A DNA stretch of 33,347 nucleotides, taken from contig JAGBZQ010000123.1 of assembly GCA_017628165.1 (NCBI GenBank), positions 1 to 33,347 of the forward strand, read 5' to 3'. The stretch is from Kiritimatiellia bacterium (GTDB taxonomy: Bacteria > Verrucomicrobiota > Kiritimatiellia > RFP12 > UBA1067). The notes under the pieces are model-generated. The model ran no database searches. It saw only the letters and a program-made list of their open reading frames with translations, and was not told the origin of the DNA. Below, piece by piece: positions 7,097 to 15,358 of this stretch. Position 1 is the stretch's first letter. Every line of letters starts with the position of its first letter. The translations under genes were made by a program, and so were the position numbers.

Positions 7097-8791
7097 ATGG
7101 CAGATATAGTTTCTTCGTTGACAAACCTGGTTCTTAAAAACGCCGGAATTTTCTCCGGCGAGCAGATTGCGCGTATAGAAAAATCACGCGCAGAGAATCC
7201 CGATATGAAGCTTTGCGAGGCCGTCGTCAAATTTGGCGGCCATCGTGAGGAGGAGGTTCTTGCGGCGATTGGCAAGGTGCTTGGCTTCGAGATGGTGGAC
7301 CTTGAGTCGCATCAGCCCACTTCTGACGCATTAACTAAGCTTCCTGCCAGTGCGGTATACCAGTATAATGTTCTTCCGCTTCGCTATGATGGATCTTCGC
7401 TTACAATAGTCTCCTATGATCCGTTTGACACTTCTGCCGCTGACGGCCTGAGGCTCGTTGCATTTTGCCCGGTTAAGACTCTTCTTGCGCCGAAAGAGGA
7501 TGTCTCTGCCGCCATTAAAAAGTATTACGGCGTTGGCGCGGACGCAATCGAAAAGATCATCAGCGACGACCGTTATTCTGTAGACGATGAGTTCGGCGCG
7601 ATGACAAAGATCGATGTCAACGAAATGGGCGAGGAGGCATCAATCGTCCGCTTCGTTAATCAGATTATCGTGGAGGCGGATAAGCAGGGCGCAACGGATA
7701 TTCATATTGAGCCTCAGGAGACGGAGCTTCGCATCCGTTACCGTATCGACGGCATGCTCCATAAGGTGGATGTCCCTCCGCAGCTTAACAAGCTCAAAGC
7801 CGCAATCATTTCGCGCATTAAGGTTATGGCGAATCTTGATATTGCGGAGAAGCGTCTTCCGATGGACGGACGCATCGGGATTCGCATCGGCGCTCAGGAT
7901 ATAGATATTCGCGTCTCCACTATGCCTGCGGCGTACGGAGAGTCCATTTCTTTGCGTTTGCTCGCCAAGAGCGGAAGCTTCGTCAAGATGTGTGATCTCG
8001 GGTTTAACGAGCGCGATTTTGCAGTTGTGGATAAGATTATCCGCCGTCCGAATGGAATATTTCTCGTGACGGGTCCGACTGGATCTGGAAAATCCACCTC
8101 TCTTTATTCCTTCCTCCATGAGGTGAACAAGATCGATGTTCGTATAATGACTGCCGAGGATCCTATTGAGTATCACATGGCCGGCATCAATCAGGTTCAG
8201 ATGCAGTCCGAGATCGGTATGACGTTCGCGCGTGCGCTGAGGGCGTTTTTGCGTCAGGATCCCGATATCATCATGGTCGGAGAAATTCGCGATCGCGAGA
8301 CTGCCGAAATCGCCATTAACGCTTCGCTCACTGGACACATGGTGTTTTCAACCCTCCATACGAACGATGCCGCAGGTGCATTCCCGCGTCTTATTGATAT
8401 GGGTGTCGAGCCGTTTCTTATCGCCTCCGCCGTTGCCGGTGTCATGGGGCAGCGTCTTTGCCGCCGTCTCTGCCCCGATTGCATGAGGGAAGTCCCTCTT
8501 GATATGAAGTACTATACGCTCAAGTCCGCGCCGGAGAAGAATACGGTCTTCGAGCCGGTTGGTTGCGACAACTGTACTCGTACCGGCTACAAGGGGCGCA
8601 GAGCGCTTTTCGAAGTTCTTGAGGTTGATGAGGATATCGAGGGTGCGATTGTTCGCCGTGAGAACGCTACCGAGATTCGCAATATTTCCATTTCCAAGGG
8701 AATGAAGACTCTTCGCGAGGACGGCTGGGCTAAAGCTTTCCGCGGCATTACCAGCGTCAAGGAGATAATGCGGGTTACCGAGGAGCAGTAA
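7097..8791 (+). CDS. gspE: Type II secretion / type IV pilus assembly ATPase (GspE/PilB family)
   Basis: 564 aa. T2SSE N-terminal domain, Walker A GPTGSGKST, Asp box and Walker B (IIMVGEIRD), His box (TGHMVFSTLHTND), and a C-terminal tetra-Cys cluster (CRRLCPDC...CDNC). Confidence 0.85.
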   Translation: MADIVSSLTNLVLKNAGIFSGEQIARIEKSRAENPDMKLCEAVVKFGGHREEEVLAAIGKVLGFEMVDLESHQPTSDALTKLPASAVYQYNVLPLRYDGSSLTIVSYDPFDTSAADGLRLVAFCPVKTLLAPKEDVSAAIKKYYGVGADAIEKIISDDRYSVDDEFGAMTKIDVNEMGEEASIVRFVNQIIVEADKQGATDIHIEPQETELRIRYRIDGMLHKVDVPPQLNKLKAAIISRIKVMANLDIAEKRLPMDGRIGIRIGAQDIDIRVSTMPAAYGESISLRLLAKSGSFVKMCDLGFNERDFAVVDKIIRRPNGIFLVTGPTGSGKSTSLYSFLHEVNKIDVRIMTAEDPIEYHMAGINQVQMQSEIGMTFARALRAFLRQDPDIIMVGEIRDRETAEIAINASLTGHMVFSTLHTNDAAGAFPRLIDMGVEPFLIASAVAGVMGQRLCRRLCPDCMREVPLDMKYYTLKSAPEKNTVFEPVGCDNCTRTGYKGRRALFEVLEVDEDIEGAIVRRENATEIRNISISKGMKTLREDGWAKAFRGITSVKEIMRVTEEQ

Positions 8792-10731
8792 TGCCAGGCG
8801 TCAGTCTATCGCCAAGCGCTGCCCAGACGCAATCGCAGCGTATGATTCTTTCTCAGCGTTTGCGGCAGAGTCTTGAAATGCTGGCGATGAATTTGCCCGA
8901 GCTGCGTGCCGAGCTCAACCGCGAAATGGAGATGAATCCCGTGATTGACGGGATTGACCATGCGCTTGAAAGAGCTACGATATCAGAGAAGGAGCGTGAA
9001 GCCGCCGTAGGAGGTGAGGCGGGTTCGGCCGATTATCCGGATGATGATTCCGCTCCCGATCCTGTCTATACGGCTGATGCGGACAGCGTTGAGCGCAGGC
9101 GGAGATTTTTCGATTCGCAAACGGCCGAAGAGACTCTTGAAGAGCATCTGTCGTCCCAGATTAAGACTTCCGATATCGCCCCTGCCGATTATCCGCTTGC
9201 GGAGATGCTGATAGGTGAGCTTAATGACGACGGCCTTTTTGCCGGTTCAATGCCGGACTTGATTATGGTGACAGGCGAGAGCGAGGCGAAGATTCGCGAA
9301 GTTCTTTCCAGAATAATGCAGTTAGATCCGCCTGGATGCGGAGCGACGAGTGTAAGCGAGTGTCTTCTTGCCCAGATTGACAAACTTGACTCTTCGCCGT
9401 TCAAGGATGATGTGCGTATGGTTCTTGAGCGCGGGCTGCTGCGCAGTATTGGCGAGGGACGCATTGCCGATGTAGAGCGTGCGCTCGGCGTGAGCCACGA
9501 GCGTTACGCGGATATTCTTTCTGCGCTCAGGACTCTTGATCCTCGCCCGGCGCGCGCTTATTCGCGCTCCGGTAAGGGCGTAGCTTATGTCAATCCGGAG
9601 GTGCACGCCGTAAAGACGGCAAGCGGATATGCGGCAAGGGTGGATGCGAGAAGCGTTCCGGAAATCCGCATTTCGAAGAGCTATCTTAAAATGTTGGATG
9701 ATCCTTCGCTCGGATCTGATGTAAAAGCGTATCTTCGTTCGCGTATCGAGGCCGTAGAGGCTTTGCGCGAGGCGCTTGATAAGCGCGAGGAGACGATAAC
9801 GGCGATCGCGCAGGCTATTTTCGATGCGCAGGGCGAATTTTTCAAGAAGGGGCTAAAGGGTTTGAAGCCGCTTACCATGCAGGAGATCGCCGAAAAGGTA
9901 GGTGTTCATGTGGCGACCGTCTCGCGCACTGTCAATGACAAATACGTCCTAACTCCGCGCGGAGTTGTGGAGCTGCGCAGATTTTTCGTCTCTGGTCTCG
10001 CCACAGAGTCGGGGGAGGTGATCGCACGCGATGCGGTAGTCGACGCGCTGAAAGAGATCGTCGCCACGGAGAATTCTTCAAAGCCGTATTCCGACGAAAA
10101 GATTTCCGCATTGCTGAAGGACAAGGGATTTGCAATTGCCAGAAGGACTGTTGCAAAATACCGCATACAGCTCGGAATACCGTCTGCAAGCGACCGCAGG
10201 AACCTTATAACGCTGGCGAGCGGAAGTCCGCGCCGCTCAAAGATACTCTCAGATATGGGGTGCGCTTTTGAAATTGTTAAAAGCGATGCTCCGGAGGTGT
10301 CGTTTGACGACGATCCCGAGCGCACCGTCCGCGAAAACGCTCTCGCAAAAGGCGCGGCGGTTGCCCGGCGCGGAAGGAGGCGCGTTCTTTCCGCTGACAC
10401 CATCGTGTGGTTTAATGGGAAAATATACGGCAAGCCGGCGGATCTGGCGGAGGCAAAAGCGTTTCTGCGCGCCTTGAGCGGGAATGTCCATACGGTGTAT
10501 ACGGCGGTAGCGTTCGACGGAGATGTTGAAGTCGTGAAGTCCAATGTCAAGTTCCGCAAGCTTACAGAAGAAATGATTGACGAGTATGTGGCCAAGGTTA
10601 ATCCTGTAGATCGCGCAGGGGCGTATGACATCGATGAATCCGGCAAATTAATCGTTGAGAGCTGGACGGGCAGTTATGAGAACATCATGGGTCTGCCCAT
10701 TGAGCCTTTGCGCAAGTGGGCGATAGTGTAA
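8791..10731 (+). CDS. rpoN: RNA polymerase sigma-54 factor fused in frame to a Maf-family nucleoside-triphosphate pyrophosphatase
   Basis: 646 aa with no internal stop. Residues 1-~472 carry sigma-54 region I ([38 protein letters not shown]), an acidic region II, and the RpoN box ARRTVAKYR. Residues ~473-646 are Maf ([53 protein letters not shown]). The start overlaps the gspE stop (TAATG), with a GAGGAG SD at 8780-8785. Confidence 0.85.
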   Translation: [646 protein letters not shown]

Positions 10732-10742
10732 TCATTCCTCTG

Positions 10743-10771
10743 TTGGCAATCCTTCGCAGAATTGGTATACT
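10743..10771 (+). promoter_or_regulatory. Sigma-70 promoter with extended -10 ahead of the V-ATPase D gene
   Basis: TTGGCA (10743-10748), a 17-nt spacer ending in TG, then TATACT (10766-10771). The ATG at 10782 is 10 nt downstream with no SD, so the leader is very short. Confidence 0.5.
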
Positions 10772-10781
10772 TTAAGAAGTT

Positions 10782-11399
10782 ATGGCAAAGATAAAACTGA
10801 CAAAAACGGAGCTTAAGGCTCAAACGGATTCGCTTAAGCGATTCTGCCGGTTTTTGCCTATGCTTCAGCTCAAGAAGCAGCAGCTTCAGAGCGAGATTGC
10901 GTTTATCTCCGCCAAGGCTGATGAAACGAGTGCCGCGGAGCGTGCCGTTCGCGCCGAGCTCGACGGCTGGGTTGGTCTTTTTGCTACGGATGAAGCGTTG
11001 CTCTCTGGTCTTGTGAAGGTAAAGTCCGTTAACACGTCTACGGCAAATATCGCGGGCGTGGCGATTCCTACATTCGAATCCATAGAGACGGAAATCAGGG
11101 AAGTTGATATGTGGGATACGCCCGCATGGATTGACAACGCCGTTGAAGCCACCGAGAAGGTTCTTTCTCTTCAGTGCCAGCGTGCAGTATATGAGGAGCA
11201 GCGCCGTCTCGTTTCTATAGAGTTGCAGCAGACATCTCAGCGTGTGAATCTTTTCGAGAAGGTGAAGATTCCTGATTGCAAGGAGGCGATTCGCGTCATC
11301 AAGATCGCTCTTGGTGACGAGCAGACTGCTCAGGTGACGCGTGGCAAGATTGCCAAATCACGCACGCAAACATCTACGGGCGAGGAGGAGAGTGAATGA
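10782..11399 (+). CDS. ntpD: V-type ATP synthase subunit D (central stalk)
   Basis: 205 aa. N-terminal KLTKTELKAQTDSLKRFCRFLPMLQLKKQQL and C-terminal QRVNLFEKVKIPDCKEAIRVIKIALGDEQTAQVTRGKIAK match the V/A-ATPase D pattern (RRVNALE..IP....I...L.E.ER..). Confidence 0.8.
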   Translation: MAKIKLTKTELKAQTDSLKRFCRFLPMLQLKKQQLQSEIAFISAKADETSAAERAVRAELDGWVGLFATDEALLSGLVKVKSVNTSTANIAGVAIPTFESIETEIREVDMWDTPAWIDNAVEATEKVLSLQCQRAVYEEQRRLVSIELQQTSQRVNLFEKVKIPDCKEAIRVIKIALGDEQTAQVTRGKIAKSRTQTSTGEEESE

Positions 11400-13048
11400 T
11401 AGTCAAGATGCTGCATGTAGATCTTCTCTGCCTTGCCACTTTCAAGGATGCGACGCTTGAGGCATTGCGCGAGCTTGGCGCTGTGCATCTCGATCTTGAT
11501 ATGGCTGAAGGCGTGGAAGTGACCTCTCTCAAGGGTGTTGCCGCAGATGCCGAGCGAGCTGTAAGATTTGTGCTGAAGGCGCGCGGGAGGAAGGCTGTGG
11601 GTGAGCTTCAAATCCGCAGCGTGGAAGAGATTCTCAAGCTTCAGGAGGCTGTTTCTGTTAAGGTGGCAGCTCTTGATGAGCTTAGGCGCACTATAGCCAA
11701 ATATGCGCCATATGGTGATTTCGATCCGGCTCTCGCACGAAGCCTTTTGGAGAAGGGTATTGATATTTCCTCTGTGGCAGATCTTCCCGCCGAGCTTCCG
11801 CCCAAGCGCCTTTCCGCGATGCGTGAGGAGGCTCTGTCTTATGAGGCAGATATCGCGGCAATGTCAAATGAGCTTGCCTCCACGGATGAGAAATCAGTTC
11901 TTTCCTCGTTCCCTGAAATCGTCGAGCGCCTTTCGTTTGCCGCGGCTCGTGAGATCATGCTCGAGAAGGGGGCTGTGGCCATTGTATCCGGATGGATTCC
12001 GGAGCGTTCCGTGGATAATCTTAAGTCATCTGCGGCATCTCACGGCTGGGGTCTTCTGCTCCGTGCGGCACTTCCTGGCGAGCAGCCGCCCGTTCTCGTG
12101 GAGCCGCCCGGCATCTTCAAGCCGATGAAGGCTCTTTTTGCGGGGCTTGGAATATCTCCGGCATATTCGGAGAGCGACGTCTCCGTTCCGTTCATGTGCT
12201 ACTTCTCGCTCTTCTGCGCGATGCTGGTGGGCGATGGCGCATACGGAACCATCTTCCTTTTCGGCACGCTCGCCATGAGAAGGAGGCTCCCGCGCGACTG
12301 GTTCATTCTCCTGACGGTGTTTTCTTCTGCGGCCGTCCTCTGGGGCATTCTTTCCAACACATGGTTCGGTGCGGCCATCCCCGCGCTCTCTTCTCTGCCT
12401 TCCGCCAAGTGGCTTGCCGATCCGAGCTACAGGAATATGATGCTTCTCTGCTTTACGATCGGAGCGTCGCATTTGATGCTCGCGCGCATCTGGAACGGCA
12501 TCTGCAAATTCCCGGACTCCACGGCTTTTGCGGAGTTCGGATGGGCGGGGATACTTCTTTTCATGTATCTCGTCACCAATTCCATTGTAGGCATATTTTC
12601 GGGGATGCCGCCGTGGGGCTATGCGGTATTCGGAGTCTCCCTGGCGCTCGTGTTCCTCTTCTCCGTCAAGCCCTCGGAGCTCAAGACGCGCGGAGCGGAG
12701 CTTGGCCTTCTTCCGCTCAACATAATGAGCGCACTCGGGGATATCATCAGCTACGTCCGTCTCTTCGCCGTGGGGCTTGCTTCGATGAAGGTTGCGGAGA
12801 ATTTCAACTCCATGGCCACGGGGCTTCTTTCCGGCGTGGAGGATTTCTGGCTCAAGGCGGTGATGGCGATTCTCATGGTGGTGATCCTCGTGGTCGGCCA
12901 TGCGCTCAATCTGGCGATGGCGGGGCTCTCGATTCTCGTTCATGCCGTTCGTCTAAATACGCTTGAATTTTCAAATCACAAAGGCGTAACCTGGTCTGGT
13001 GCCGCCTACAACCCATTCAAAAAGAAGAAGGAGAAAAACAATGAGTGA
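11396..13048 (+). CDS. ntpI: V-type ATP synthase subunit I (a-subunit, membrane stator)
   Basis: 550 aa. Soluble coiled N-terminal half followed by about 7 hydrophobic helices. Conserved stator arginine motif ISYVRLFAVGLAS. ATGA overlap with ntpD, and a GAGGAGGAG SD. Confidence 0.85.
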   Translation: MIVKMLHVDLLCLATFKDATLEALRELGAVHLDLDMAEGVEVTSLKGVAADAERAVRFVLKARGRKAVGELQIRSVEEILKLQEAVSVKVAALDELRRTIAKYAPYGDFDPALARSLLEKGIDISSVADLPAELPPKRLSAMREEALSYEADIAAMSNELASTDEKSVLSSFPEIVERLSFAAAREIMLEKGAVAIVSGWIPERSVDNLKSSAASHGWGLLLRAALPGEQPPVLVEPPGIFKPMKALFAGLGISPAYSESDVSVPFMCYFSLFCAMLVGDGAYGTIFLFGTLAMRRRLPRDWFILLTVFSSAAVLWGILSNTWFGAAIPALSSLPSAKWLADPSYRNMMLLCFTIGASHLMLARIWNGICKFPDSTAFAEFGWAGILLFMYLVTNSIVGIFSGMPPWGYAVFGVSLALVFLFSVKPSELKTRGAELGLLPLNIMSALGDIISYVRLFAVGLASMKVAENFNSMATGLLSGVEDFWLKAVMAILMVVILVVGHALNLAMAGLSILVHAVRLNTLEFSNHKGVTWSGAAYNPFKKKKEKNNE

Positions 13049-13499
13049 TGCAGCAATGATTGTGGCGGGCGCCATCGCCTGCCTGGGACTTTCTGGCGCC
13101 GGAAGCGCATTCGGCACAGGCTTTGCCGCCGCGGCCGCCGTAGGCTCGTGGAAGAAGTGCTACGCCGCCAACAAGCCGGCTCCCTTCCTTCTTCTTTCGT
13201 TTGTGGGAGCGCCCATCACACAGACTCTCTATGGAGTGATTCTTATGTTCATCATGCTCGGCAAGGTCGGCAACGCAGCTCCGGGAGCAGGCGTTCCCTG
13301 CCTCGTGGCCGGTGTGTTCGCTGGGCTTGCCATCGGGCTTTCTGCGCTCTTCCAGGGACGCGCCGGCGCCGCAGCCTGCGATGCCCAGGCCGAAACGAAC
13401 CAGGGCTTCACGAACTATCTCGCTGCGCTCGGCATCGTTGAGACGGTTGCTATCTTCGCAATGGCCTTTGCGCTTGTGGCGCTTCTCGCGATCAAGTAA
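13041..13499 (+). CDS. ntpK: V-type ATP synthase subunit K (16-kDa proteolipid, 4 TM helices)
   Basis: Start set to the ATG at 13041, with a GAAGGAG SD at 13026-13032. 152 aa. Gly/Ala-rich helices and the carboxylate motif GIVETVAIF. It has the PITQTLYG and LFQGR motifs found in the Enterococcus hirae NtpK Na+ site. Confidence 0.85.
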   Translation: MSDAAMIVAGAIACLGLSGAGSAFGTGFAAAAAVGSWKKCYAANKPAPFLLLSFVGAPITQTLYGVILMFIMLGKVGNAAPGAGVPCLVAGVFAGLAIGLSALFQGRAGAAACDAQAETNQGFTNYLAALGIVETVAIFAMAFALVALLAIK

Positions 13500-13500
13500 A

Positions 13501-15144
13501 ATGGGGCGTGCAAGGCTCGGCTCGTTCATTGCCTTCACCGCAATGTTTGCGGTGGCGGCAATGATTGTTTTCTGGGGAACGTGGGCGCTCGACAAGGTGC
13601 CCGTGATGCCTGACGCCCAGACGTCGTTTTCGGCGGATCACGCGGGCGATTTCATCTGCAAATGGCGCGAGAGCGGCAAGGCTGTTCCCGGCGACATCCT
13701 GAACTTCATCGGTAGCCCCTATCTCTGGGTGGAGATGCAGTATGTCTTCGCGCTTTATTTCGCGGCACTCGGCATGGCGTATTTCCTTCGCGGAAGGGGG
13801 CTTGGACGCTTCGCGGCGTATTCGGCAGGTCTTTTCCTTGCCTTTTCCGGCTACTGGATCACGCTTTTCTCGGCGGGGCACTTGGGGTGGTTCCAGTGGA
13901 TGACATACGGTGTATTCGCCTTTGCTCTTGCCGATCGCGTGATCCTAAAGGGGCGGCTTCGCCATTCGCTTCTTTTCGGCGCGCTTCTTGCGTGGGGCAG
14001 CTTCTACCAGCCTGACCTGTGGCTTCTTTTTACGGTATTTACGGGTGTCTATTTTATCTACCGCTCCATTCTTGATTGGCCCGGGTTCAGGCATTGGGCT
14101 CTCAGGTGCGCCTTCGCTCTCGTGGCGTTTGCTGCAGTGGGACTTCCGAGCTTCATAAGCGCCATCACGAAGGATCTCGCCGGGCGCGAAAAGCAGATCG
14201 CAAGCGGCGAGACCGTTTTCTCATCGGTCTCTTCGGACGCCGAGAAACGCTGGATATTCACCACCAACTGGTCCATGCCGCCCGAGGACACGCTCGAGTT
14301 CTACCGCGCGCGCATCCATGGCGACACGAGCTGTGAGATGACTCTTGCCTTGAGCCGCCTTAACGGCTCTGAAATAAAGCCCTACACCGGCCGCCTCGGC
14401 CGCCCGTACGGCGCGGCCAGCGGCAACTACCGCCAGCATTCGCTTTACGTGGGGGCTACGACGTGCTGCTTTGCCTTGATCGGGCTTCTCATGGCGATTA
14501 ACGGGCCAAGGAGGCGCGATGCGATTTTCTTTGCCGTTGCGGCGGTGGTGTTCTGGCTCTTTTCGATGGGGCGCTATTGTGAGCCGGTCTACCGGATCGT
14601 TTATGCTCTTCCGTTCGGAGACTATCTTCGCGCTCCCGTGAAGTGGCATCATCTGACGGAGTTTTCGATAGTCGTTCTCTCGGCTTTCGGGCTTGAAGCG
14701 GCATGGCGGATGAAGCGCGTTTTGTGGGCCCGTGCAGTTCTTTTGTGTTTTGTGGCTGCAGCTGTGGTTGAGCTGGCTGCGCAGGCGAAGATCTACTGTG
14801 CGCCGCATACGGCAGATACGGTGGCGGGAGTTCTTCCCCGGCCTATTCCGCCAGATTTCGCCGAGGCGCTTCATTTCCGCAAGCAGATTTCCCAGGCGGG
14901 GCTGAAAATCGCGGGCGAGACGAAAAAAGCGTTCAGGCTTTCGGACGGATCCGTCCGCGAGCTTCCCGTTCTTGTTGTGGAGCAGAGCTTAAAGCGCCCT
15001 GAGCCGCGGAAGATGGAGGATATAGTGCCGCTTAAAGGAGGCGCATATTTTGCGGCGATACTTTCGCTTTTTGCGTCGCTTTGCGTCTCAGTGTTTGCTG
15101 CCGTTTCGGCAAGCCTCAAAAAAGTTGATGGAGTCAGGCTATGA
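13501..15144 (+). CDS. Polytopic integral membrane protein of unknown function (GT-C / YfhO-like by topology only)
   Basis: Start set to the ATG at 13501, 1 nt after the ntpK stop. 547 aa with at least 10 hydrophobic helices, a ~100-aa hydrophilic segment (TKDLAGREKQ...NYRQHS) and a C-terminal anchor (AYFAAILSLFASLCVSVFAAVSA). I found no motif I can assign with certainty. Confidence 0.6.
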   Translation: MGRARLGSFIAFTAMFAVAAMIVFWGTWALDKVPVMPDAQTSFSADHAGDFICKWRESGKAVPGDILNFIGSPYLWVEMQYVFALYFAALGMAYFLRGRGLGRFAAYSAGLFLAFSGYWITLFSAGHLGWFQWMTYGVFAFALADRVILKGRLRHSLLFGALLAWGSFYQPDLWLLFTVFTGVYFIYRSILDWPGFRHWALRCAFALVAFAAVGLPSFISAITKDLAGREKQIASGETVFSSVSSDAEKRWIFTTNWSMPPEDTLEFYRARIHGDTSCEMTLALSRLNGSEIKPYTGRLGRPYGAASGNYRQHSLYVGATTCCFALIGLLMAINGPRRRDAIFFAVAAVVFWLFSMGRYCEPVYRIVYALPFGDYLRAPVKWHHLTEFSIVVLSAFGLEAAWRMKRVLWARAVLLCFVAAAVVELAAQAKIYCAPHTADTVAGVLPRPIPPDFAEALHFRKQISQAGLKIAGETKKAFRLSDGSVRELPVLVVEQSLKRPEPRKMEDIVPLKGGAYFAAILSLFASLCVSVFAAVSASLKKVDGVRL

Positions 15145-15347
15145 CGGAGGGGTTTTTGCAATTGGCGGCGGAGATTTTTGAATGCCCCCGCGAGGCGCTC
15201 TCGCTTTCAACGCGCCGCGGCAGCATTCCCGGGTGGGATAGCGTCAATCATCTTCGGCTTGTGATGGAGACGGAAAGGCGCTTTGGCGTAAAATACACTC
15301 TCGAGCAGATACCTCAGCTTGAGACGCTTGGTGATTTCACGGTTTAA
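15141..15347 (+). CDS. Small acyl/aminoacyl carrier protein-like protein (phosphopantetheine-binding type)
   Basis: 68 aa. GWDSVNHLRLVMETERRFGV fits the D-S-(L/V) attachment serine plus helix II seen in the ~70-aa carrier proteins of polysaccharide-modification loci. ATGA overlap with the upstream membrane protein, and a GGAG SD at 15130-15133. Confidence 0.6.
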   Translation: MTEGFLQLAAEIFECPREALSLSTRRGSIPGWDSVNHLRLVMETERRFGVKYTLEQIPQLETLGDFTV

Positions 15348-15358
15348 GAGGAGATGAT

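Noticed and set aside
7097-7200. A c-di-GMP-binding MshEN-type motif in the GspE N-terminus (LTNLVLKNAGIFSGEQIARIEK)
   Set aside because: The spacing of hydrophobic residues loosely resembles the 24-residue MshEN motif, but the leading Arg and several conserved Leu/Gln positions are missing. I cannot support binding from the sequence alone.
12026-12966. 305-aa (minus strand) and 256-aa (plus strand) ORFs inside ntpI
   Set aside because: Both lie wholly within a well-supported membrane-protein gene, and their translations are Arg/His/Gly-rich nonsense. They are off-frame and antisense shadows of a GC-rich hydrophobic coding region.
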